Shown here one piece after another: positions 1 to 6,747 of a stretch of DNA of 23,746 nt. The position numbers and the translations under genes were made by a program. The notes under the pieces are model-generated. The model did not search any database. It saw only the letters and a list, made by a program, of their open reading frames with translations, and was not told the DNA's origin. Numbering within the stretch: position 1 is the first letter of the stretch; each line of letters opens with the position of its first letter. Origin of the DNA: Candidatus Eiseniibacteriota bacterium (lineage in GTDB: Bacteria; Eisenbacteria; RBG-16-71-46; DASYSL01); contig JBKJJJ010000205.1 in assembly GCA_046598045.1 (NCBI GenBank), positions 1 to 23,746 of the forward strand. The letters are read 5' to 3'.

Positions 1-103
1 TCCTTGTTGCAGGGCTTGCGCCCAGGTCAAGCGCCGTCCAATCGTGACGGCAACGTCCGGTCTTCGCGACCGGCACGCCTTCGGATACTTCGAAGACGGC
101 AAA

Positions 104-132
104 ATCATGGGCGAGACCAGCGGGCTTCGCAA
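104..132 (-). promoter_or_regulatory. Putative sigma70-type promoter for a minus-strand gene starting left of the window
   Basis: Minus strand reads TTGCGA (132-127)-N17-CATGAT (109-104). An SD-like AAGGA occupies positions 5-1. Confidence 0.45.
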
Positions 133-202
133 GCGATACTTTCCGGCGCATCCCCCGTCGCGTTCGGGCGGGCCGGTCGCGTCCCACCCCGGAGCGCATG
201 CC

Positions 203-1129
203 ATGCGGCCGCTACTCGCGTGGGCGAGTGACCACTTCGAGGTGCCCCTGCCCGCGGGCCACCCGTTCCCCATGACCAAGTACCGCGCGCTGCGCGAGCG
301 CCTGCTCGCAGAGGGCGTCCTGATTGCAGGGGAGGTCGCGCGCTCGGACGAAGCGCCGATCGAGTGGCTGCTGCGCGCGCACGAAGCCGATTTCGTCGCC
401 CGCGCGCTCGACGGCCGCCTCGGTGCCGACGCCGTTCGCCGGCTCGGGCTCCCGTGGTCCGCGGCGCTGGTCGCGCGCGCCCGCGGCGCCGTGTACGGCA
501 CCGTGCGCGCCGCCGAGGCCGCGCTCGTCCATGGCGTCGCCGGCAACCTCGCCGGCGGCACGCACCACGCGTTCTTCGATCGGGGAGAGGGCTACTGCGT
601 GTTCAACGACATCGCGGTCGCGATCCATCACCTGCGCGCTGGGGGCCTCGCGGCGCGGCGGCCGTTCGTCGCCGACCTCGATGTCCACCAGGGCAACGGC
701 ACCGCGGCGATCTTCGCGCACGATGAGAGCGTGTTCACGTTCTCGATGCACGCGCGCACCAACTACCCGCTGCACAAGGAGACGGGTTCGCTCGACGTCG
801 AGCTCGAGGACGGGACCGGGGACGACAGCTATCTCGCGCTGCTCGACGCGCGCCTGCCCGCCGCGCTCGATCGCCACGCGCCCGACCTCCTGTTCTACCA
901 GGCGGGCGTGGACGCACACGAGGCCGACCGCCTGGGCCGGCTCAAGCTGACGCATGCGGGGCTCGCCGCACGGGACCGGCGCGTGTTCGACTGGTGCGAG
1001 GCCCGCGCGCTGCCGATCGTGGTCACGCTCGGCGGCGGCTACAGCCGGCCGCTCGAGGCCACGATCGAGGCGCATGCGAACGTCTGGCGGGAGGCCCGCC
1101 GGGCGCGCGACCGGCGCCCGGCGGCGTGA
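203..1129 (+). CDS. Histone deacetylase-family (class IV/HDAC11-like) Zn-dependent deacylase
   Basis: Motifs HPFPMTKY, GGTHHA, GYCVFND, DLDVHQGNGT, QAGVD, GGGY. Start placed at ATG 203 (MRPLLAW) rather than at the ORF-track start of 44. Confidence 0.92.
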   Translation: MRPLLAWASDHFEVPLPAGHPFPMTKYRALRERLLAEGVLIAGEVARSDEAPIEWLLRAHEADFVARALDGRLGADAVRRLGLPWSAALVARARGAVYGTVRAAEAALVHGVAGNLAGGTHHAFFDRGEGYCVFNDIAVAIHHLRAGGLAARRPFVADLDVHQGNGTAAIFAHDESVFTFSMHARTNYPLHKETGSLDVELEDGTGDDSYLALLDARLPAALDRHAPDLLFYQAGVDAHEADRLGRLKLTHAGLAARDRRVFDWCEARALPIVVTLGGGYSRPLEATIEAHANVWREARRARDRRPAA

Positions 1130-1132
1130 CGT

Positions 1133-1636
1133 CTAGGTGTGGGCCGCCCAGATCATGAAGAACAACATCGGGAACGACAGCCAGAAATTCGTGCGCGACG
1201 CGAGGTAGGCCACCCGCGCGTGCTTCGCCATCTCGGGCGGCGGGGCGGTCCCGCTCGCGGCGGACGCGGCGGTCATTGCGATGACCTTCTTCTGGTTCGG
1301 CCAGATCAGCCCCCACACGTTGAGGAACATGATGGTGGCGAGCCCGACGCCGGTCATGATCTTCCAGTCCCACGCTGCGGGGGAGGGATACACCTGCGGG
1401 GCGAACAGCAGGTACAGGCCGAACACGAGCGTCGCCAGCGCCGCGTAGCGGAACCAGGCGAGCGCGCGCGGCATCAGGATCGGCACGAGCTTGCCCTTGG
1501 TGGCGGCGTCGAGGGCCTTCATCGTCGGGACGTTCACGACATTGAAGAAGTACAGCAGGCCGATCCAGAAGATCCCGGACAGGACGTGCAGGAAGCGCAC
1601 GAACACCGCGATGTGATACATGCCCGTGGTTTCCAT
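1133..1636 (-). CDS. Integral membrane protein, urate hydroxylase PuuD/DUF989 N-terminal-like family (stand-alone)
   Basis: About 4 hydrophobic helices with RFLHVLSGIFWIGLLYFFN, MFLNVWGLIWPNQKK and ASRTNFWLSFPMLFFM. SD GAGG upstream. No CxxCH. Confidence 0.75.
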   Translation of the reverse strand: METTGMYHIAVFVRFLHVLSGIFWIGLLYFFNVVNVPTMKALDAATKGKLVPILMPRALAWFRYAALATLVFGLYLLFAPQVYPSPAAWDWKIMTGVGLATIMFLNVWGLIWPNQKKVIAMTAASAASGTAPPPEMAKHARVAYLASRTNFWLSFPMLFFMIWAAHT

Positions 1637-1710
1637 CCACCCCTCCTCGCAACGGGCACGCGATCGGCGCGACGAGGGCCGCCCGACGACCGGAGCCTCA
1701 CAGGCGGACG

Positions 1711-1739
1711 AGTCTAGGAGGGGCCGCGCGCCCCGTCAA
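1711..1739 (-). promoter_or_regulatory. sigma70-type promoter of the PuuD-like gene
   Basis: Minus strand TTGACG (1739-1734)-N17-TAGACT (1716-1711), about 75 nt upstream of the ATG. Confidence 0.65.
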
Positions 1740-1777
1740 GGCGCGCACCCGCCCTCCGCGTGCCCCGCGATCCGCTG

Positions 1778-1786
1778 TGCTAACGT
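1778..1786 (+). promoter_or_regulatory. Putative extended -10 promoter of sodA
   Basis: TG-c-TAACGT about 60 nt upstream of the sodA ATG, back-to-back with the minus-strand promoter. Confidence 0.4.
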
Positions 1787-1847
1787 GAGGACAGGGGCAT
1801 CCCGCCTCGACGCGTTTCAGGATTCCGAACGACCAGGAGAGTCCCCG

Positions 1848-2477
1848 ATGGAGAAGTACGTCCTTCCGGCTTTGACGTTCGATTACTCCGCGCTCGAGCC
1901 GCACATCTCGGGGCGCATCATGGAGCTGCACCACTCGAAGCACCACGCCGGCTACGTGACCAACGCGAACACGACGCTCGAGAAGCTGGCCGAGGCGCGC
2001 TCGAAGGACGACTTCGCGCCGCTCGTCGCGCTCGAGCGCGCACTCGCGTTCAACGTGTCGGGCCACGTGCTGCACACGGTGTTCTGGCAGAACCTCGGGC
2101 CGAAGATGGGCGGCGAGCCGACCGGCGCGCTGGCCGAGCAGATCCAGAAGGACTTCGGCAGCTTCGCGATCTTCAAGAAGCAGCTCACCGCCGCCGCCGC
2201 GACCGTCATGGGCTCGGGCTGGGGCGCGCTGGTATGGGAGCCCTTGTCCCGGCGCCTGATGACGATCCAGGTCTACGACCACCAGTCGAACATCACGCAA
2301 GGCGGCATTCCGCTCATGGTGATGGACGCATGGGAGCACGCCTGGTACCTGCAGTACGAGAACCGCAAGACCGACTTCTTCGACGTGATGTGGAACCTCT
2401 GGAACTGGCAGGACATCGCGCGGCGTTTCGACGAGGCGCGCAGCCTCACGCTCCAGGTCGTCGGCGCGACGGCCTGA
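1848..2477 (+). CDS. sodA: Fe/Mn superoxide dismutase
   Basis: LEPHIS, HHSKHHAGY, FNVSGHVLH, GSGWG, DAWEHAWYLQY. SD AGGAG before ATG 1848. Confidence 0.97.
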   Translation: MEKYVLPALTFDYSALEPHISGRIMELHHSKHHAGYVTNANTTLEKLAEARSKDDFAPLVALERALAFNVSGHVLHTVFWQNLGPKMGGEPTGALAEQIQKDFGSFAIFKKQLTAAAATVMGSGWGALVWEPLSRRLMTIQVYDHQSNITQGGIPLMVMDAWEHAWYLQYENRKTDFFDVMWNLWNWQDIARRFDEARSLTLQVVGATA

Positions 2478-2479
2478 TC

Positions 2480-2839
2480 GTGGATCCCGTCCGCAGCGGC
2501 GTCGGCCCGAGGATGTCGGCCGGCGTCCGCTTCGGCGACACGATCTGGCTCGCGGGGCACGTCGAGGCCGACCGGGCGTTCGGTGTCCGGGGCCAGACCG
2601 CGGCGATCCTGGCGAAAATCGACGCCCGCCTCGCCGAGCTCGGGAGCGACAAGACCCGTATCCTGATGGCCCATGTCTGGCTCGCCGACATCGCCACGTT
2701 CGAGGAGATGAACGCGGCGTGGGACGCGTGGGTCGACCCGGCCCACCTGCCCGCGCGCGCCACCGTCGAGGCGCGCCTGGCCTCCCCCGATTACCTCGTC
2801 GAGATCGCGGTCGTGGCCGCCGCGGGTTCCGCCGCGTAG
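2480..2839 (+). CDS. RidA/YjgF family protein (YoaB-like)
   Basis: RMS...IWLAGHV, QTAAIL, GSDKTRIL, FEEMNAAWDAW, PARATVEARL, VEIAVVAA. GTG start 2 nt after the sodA stop. Confidence 0.9.
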   Translation: MDPVRSGVGPRMSAGVRFGDTIWLAGHVEADRAFGVRGQTAAILAKIDARLAELGSDKTRILMAHVWLADIATFEEMNAAWDAWVDPAHLPARATVEARLASPDYLVEIAVVAAAGSAA

Positions 2840-2864
2840 CGGGCTTGCCATGCGCGTAGCCCGC
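2839..2864 (+). terminator. Possible hairpin after ridA
   Basis: GCGGGCT-N12-AGCCCGC inverted repeat. No U-tract. Confidence 0.3.
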
Positions 2865-2968
2865 GTGCCGCCGAATGTGGCGCGCGCGCCGCACATTGCT
2901 GGCCGATCCCGGACATCAATCGGGCGTATCGCCCATCCAAACAATCACTTGCGCCGCACGCTCCCTCG

Positions 2969-2984
2969 TGGCACGAGCCATGCT
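2969..2984 (+). promoter_or_regulatory. sigma54 (-24/-12) promoter
   Basis: TGGCAC-GAGCC-ATGCT matches the TGGCAC-N5-TTGCW consensus with exact GG-N10-GC spacing. It lies 36 nt before ATG 3021. Confidence 0.75.
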
Positions 2985-3020
2985 TTTGTCCTCTTCAACA
3001 CTCACCCCGTTGGAGGGCCT

Positions 3021-3635
3021 ATGTACCTTCGGACAACCTCATCTCGTTTCGGGCTGCTCGCCCTATCCACCATCGCGGCGCTGTCCATCCTCGCAACGTC
3101 CGCCTCTGCCGGTCATGGCCGGGGGAACGGTTGGGGGAACCGCAGGGGTGGCCACTGTCGTCCGTCGGGCCGCGTCGTCGTACGCGAGCCTGTCTATGCG
3201 CCGACGCGGGTCTACGCGGCGTGCGCCCCACGCTACGTGACCTATCGCCCGCAGCGGGTCGTGGTCGTGCGCCCCGCCCCCTACGTCCGCGTCGGCGGCC
3301 GGTTCGGCTCGGTCGACATCAGCGCGATCTTCGGTCAGCGTCGCCATTACGACGCCTATGAGTACGGTTGCAACTTCTGCGACGCGCACTTCGCGTCCTA
3401 CGGCGCGTACGAGAGGCATGTCCACAGCTGCTCCTACCGGCCGGCGAACTACCGGATCCAGTGCCGCAACTGGGACGACGCGGGCTACGACGAGTATCGT
3501 GCCGGCCGGTACGACGATCGCCGCTACGGGGACGGGCGAGGCTACGACTCGAACGACGGCCGCTATGACGACGATCGCGGCTACCAGGGCAACGACGGCT
3601 ACGACGAGGACGGATACTACGGCGACGACAGCTAG
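3021..3635 (+). CDS. Secreted hypothetical protein with a C2HC zinc-finger-like motif and a Y/D/G/R-rich tail
   Basis: SD GGAGG, Sec-type signal peptide ending ASA, YGCNFCDAHFASYGAYERHVHSC, C-terminal YD repeats. Own promoter and terminator. Confidence 0.85.
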   Translation: MYLRTTSSRFGLLALSTIAALSILATSASAGHGRGNGWGNRRGGHCRPSGRVVVREPVYAPTRVYAACAPRYVTYRPQRVVVVRPAPYVRVGGRFGSVDISAIFGQRRHYDAYEYGCNFCDAHFASYGAYERHVHSCSYRPANYRIQCRNWDDAGYDEYRAGRYDDRRYGDGRGYDSNDGRYDDDRGYQGNDGYDEDGYYGDDS

Positions 3636-3650
3636 CGTCGCTGGTTGACC

Positions 3651-3693
3651 AACCGCCGCGCGCCTCTCAGGGGCGCGCGGCGGTTTTTGTTTT
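3651..3693 (+). terminator. Rho-independent terminator
   Basis: AACCGCCGCGCGCC-loop-GGCGCGCGGCGGTT followed by TTTGTTTT. Confidence 0.9.
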
Positions 3694-3864
3694 GCGCCGC
3701 GAGCGCGGGCGCAGGTCTTGGACACGTGTCGCGAGCAACGGCCCTGGCCCGAGACCATGAAATTTGCGACAGGGGAGCCGGCCGGAGGATGACGTCCCCG
3801 TCGAGATCTGCGAGCACGACGTCGTTCCAGGAAGCCCCCGGGCCCAAGGGTGCATAATTCGATC

Positions 3865-4251
3865 ATGTCCACGGAGACCTGTTCCGGCATGCTCCACTGC
3901 TTCGGTTTTCCCGACACCCCGGCCGTGCTCAGGGTCGAGCGCCACCCCCAGGGCCAGCGCCTGAGGCGGGCCCTGCTCGCGCTCGGCGCCGCCTGGGGGA
4001 TCGGAGTTCTGTGCATTCTGATCCCGATCGCCCACTTCGTGCTGGTGCCGATGTTTTTCGTGGCGGGGATCTTCCTGTTCGCCCGCCGCCTGGGCGAGAA
4101 GGCCACGATCGCGAGTGTGGCCGGCGCGTGCCCGTGCTGCAAGGCGCAGGTCGAGTTCTCGGGGGGAGGGCGGCTCAAGCCGGCCGCGAGGGTGCAGTGC
4201 ACCAGCTGCCGCAACGAGATCGACCTCGCGGTCGATCGGACGTGCCACTAG
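3865..4251 (+). CDS. Hypothetical membrane protein, two TM helices plus C-terminal zinc ribbon
   Basis: Hydrophobic hairpin (ALLALGAAWGIGVLCILIPIAHFVLVPMFFVAGIFLF) followed by CPCC-x20-CTSC. CATAAT lies 6 nt before the ATG. Confidence 0.75.
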   Translation: MSTETCSGMLHCFGFPDTPAVLRVERHPQGQRLRRALLALGAAWGIGVLCILIPIAHFVLVPMFFVAGIFLFARRLGEKATIASVAGACPCCKAQVEFSGGGRLKPAARVQCTSCRNEIDLAVDRTCH

Positions 4252-4309
4252 AGCACGATTCGTGGCGAGCACGCCGCGGAGGACGGAAGTGTTCGCGGTT
4301 TCGCGGCCA

Positions 4310-4387
4310 CACCGCTTCCATCGTCTTGACCACCCGCGGGGCGGTCGCCTCGTAGGCGCCGAACGGGAGCGGGCCCCACAGCGTGGC
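4310..4387 (-). pseudogene. Relic fragment of a GH15 gene (diverged copy of 4991-5068)
   Basis: Reads ATLWGPLPFGAYEATAPRVVKTMEAV versus ASLWGLFAFGAYEATDPRVKKTMEAV in the intact gene. By hand count 61/78 nt are identical, with a 24-nt exact core. Confidence 0.8.
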
Positions 4388-4555
4388 CAGAACGATCCTC
4401 CCGGGTTGAAGGAGACCGTATCCGGGCCGGTCTCGAATCTTCACCCCGAGAACGGATCCGTGAAGTTCTGTGCGACGCCCGCCCTCGCGGGCGATCCCTG
4501 CCCCGGACCGATGACGCCATGCACCACGGTCTCCGACGTCAGCATCAGGAAAAGC

Positions 4556-6673
4556 CTAGCGCGCCCGCTGTGCGTGCGCGTTCAGCGGCCGCACGGCGGC
4601 TGCGGGGGCGGCGCCCGGGCCGCTCGCTGAGGCCCCCGCGGCGAGGATTTCCGCGCGGCGCAGCAGGTACTCGCGCACCACCGTGACCACCGTGGCATGG
4701 CTCCAGGCGAGCGGCGAGACCGACAGAGGATCATTGGTGAAAGGGTCGGCCTGCTCCGGGAGCACGCCCGAGGCGAGCGCGTGGCGCGCCGCCCAGTCGA
4801 GCGTGGGGAGCGCGAGGTCGAGCTCGGCGAGCGTGGTCGCGCGTGCAATGTCGTATTGCGCGAGCCAGAGCGTGCAGATCACCCACGGGTTGCCCGGGGC
4901 TTTCTCGAGCTCGCGTGTGACCTGGTGGTAGTAATCATTCGTGTAGCGCGCGATCCCGCCCACGTCCGTGCGCACCCTGAGGCCCTCGCGCACGGCCTCC
5001 ATGGTCTTCTTGACGCGCGGATCGGTCGCCTCGTAGGCGCCGAACGCAAACAGCCCCCACAGGCTGGCATCGAGCGTGGTGTCGACCTGGTCGATCGCCG
5101 GCGTGGACTCGTCGCCGGGGCGCATGCCGTAGCTGCCCGAGAGCGCGTCCCATGCGTGCTCGCCGCGCGGCCCGAGCGTGACCAGACGGGCGAAGCGTCC
5201 GACGTCCTCGCGCCAGAGGTACTTGTCCATGCCCTCGCGCATGCGGTCGGCGACAGCGCGGTAGCGTGCCGCGACCTCGGTCTCGCCGAACGCTTCGGTG
5301 AAGTTGGCGGCCGCGCGCAGCCCGCCGACGACCGCGGCGGCGGTGTAGCTCATGACGCCGCGGCGCTCCTCCCACAGGTCCCACGTCGGGAGCGGGAGCC
5401 CGGTGCGCTCGTCGACGTAGCTCGCCATGAAGTCGGCCGCGCACTTGATCAGCGGGCGATAGAGCGGCTTCACGAACTCGACGTCGCCGTAGATCTTGAA
5501 GTGCTCCCACAGCGCCCACAGCACGAGCGCGGTCTCGTCCTCCTGGATCGGCAACTGCGCCTCGCCTCCCGCCATCCACGGGTGCCACGACGACCCGAGC
5601 GTGCCATCGGGGTTGTACTTGTGAAGGAAGAAGCCGCGCTCCTGGATGATCTCGCCGCACAGGCGGAAGAACCGGCGCGCCGCCTCGCCGTAGCCCGCGA
5701 GGTCGAGCGCGTAGACCACGAGCGCCGCGTCGCGCGGCCACATGTACGAGTAGGTGTCGCGCGCGAAGCGCAGGATGTCCGAGTCGTTCGCTGCCAGCAC
5801 CGCGCCGTTGTAATTGAGGTGCGTGCGCAGGATCAGGAGGCTCTGCTGGTAAAGCCGCACGATCGACTCGGGCAGCCCGTCGAATGCCTTGCCGCCCTGC
5901 TGCACCCAGACGTTCCAGTAATCGGCGGTGCGCTTGAGGTAGGACTCGGGCCCGCGGTCGAGCGCGCGCTTGTGGAGCGCGGTGACCTCCGGCCAGGTCT
6001 TGCCGATCGCGATCAGATAGTGGCAGGTCGCCGCGCCCAGGGCGGGGACCTCGAGGTGGGCGCCGACCGTCGAGTCGACCGCGCCCTGCGCGATCGCGTT
6101 GTCGGACAGCTTGCCGTCCTCGGCATCGCGCCAGGTGCCCTCGTGGCCCGGGCTTTCCTTGATGCCGACCGCGTACTGGTCGACCCCGGGGCGCCCGTTC
6201 TTGATGACGTTGACCAGGAAGTAGCGCCGGTCCTTGTAGTGGGTGACCGAGCGGTATTTCGGGTCGAACGCCGCGGTGTCGCCCACGTCGTTGCCGTAGA
6301 GGTGAAAGTCGTGGTGGAAGAACACGCGCACCGAGCGCGCCTTGCCCGAGGTGTCGCGCACCGTGAGGCGGCGCACAAACAGGTCCTCGTGGAAGTCGAC
6401 GCAGTCGGCGAGACGGACCTCGAGTCCGAGCGTGGCGTGGGTGAACACGACATCCGAGACCAGCGTCGCCGGGACGGCGTAGTTGATCGATTTCTTCCAG
6501 TTCGGGCTCGAGGCCCACACCATCGTCCCGTCCACCCACACGCCGAACCGGAAGACGTGCCCGCCCGAGTGGTTCTCCATCCCGACGTTCGGGTAGTAGA
6601 AGTCCCTGAGCTGATAGTCGCCGTCGAAGTTGACGTGCACCCGGTCGTTACCGAGCACGAGGGAACGGGGCAT
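4556..6673 (-). CDS. Glycoside hydrolase family 15 (glucoamylase/trehalase-like), cytoplasmic
   Basis: YSYMWPRDA, QEDETA, WDLWEE (general acid region), LDASL, GIARY, NPWVICTLW, LPEQ, SPLAWSHA. SD GGAGG. No signal peptide. Confidence 0.93.
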   Translation of the reverse strand: MPRSLVLGNDRVHVNFDGDYQLRDFYYPNVGMENHSGGHVFRFGVWVDGTMVWASSPNWKKSINYAVPATLVSDVVFTHATLGLEVRLADCVDFHEDLFVRRLTVRDTSGKARSVRVFFHHDFHLYGNDVGDTAAFDPKYRSVTHYKDRRYFLVNVIKNGRPGVDQYAVGIKESPGHEGTWRDAEDGKLSDNAIAQGAVDSTVGAHLEVPALGAATCHYLIAIGKTWPEVTALHKRALDRGPESYLKRTADYWNVWVQQGGKAFDGLPESIVRLYQQSLLILRTHLNYNGAVLAANDSDILRFARDTYSYMWPRDAALVVYALDLAGYGEAARRFFRLCGEIIQERGFFLHKYNPDGTLGSSWHPWMAGGEAQLPIQEDETALVLWALWEHFKIYGDVEFVKPLYRPLIKCAADFMASYVDERTGLPLPTWDLWEERRGVMSYTAAAVVGGLRAAANFTEAFGETEVAARYRAVADRMREGMDKYLWREDVGRFARLVTLGPRGEHAWDALSGSYGMRPGDESTPAIDQVDTTLDASLWGLFAFGAYEATDPRVKKTMEAVREGLRVRTDVGGIARYTNDYYHQVTRELEKAPGNPWVICTLWLAQYDIARATTLAELDLALPTLDWAARHALASGVLPEQADPFTNDPLSVSPLAWSHATVVTVVREYLLRRAEILAAGASASGPGAAPAAAVRPLNAHAQRAR

Positions 6674-6747
6674 TGCTTTCCTCCATGGGAACCTGTGCTA
6701 CCTGTTATCGGCCCTGCCGGCGAAAAAATAACACGCACGGGCGGGGA

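Noticed and set aside
90..140. c-di-GMP-I riboswitch suggested by GGCAAA
   Set aside because: It lacks the GNRA-capped stem and the GACGCAAAGC/tetraloop-receptor elements.
3470..3632. CRISPR-like or DNA-level repeat (recurring TACGAC)
   Set aside because: Irregular spacing, explained by Tyr-Asp codons in a low-complexity protein tail.
4412..4465. Two short inverted repeats as transposon ends or att sites
   Set aside because: Stems are only 6-7 bp, with no target duplication and no transposase or integrase in the window.
4310..5068. DGR template/variable repeat interpretation of the GH15 duplication
   Set aside because: Mismatches are not adenine-specific on either strand, many are synonymous C/G changes, and no reverse transcriptase is in the window.
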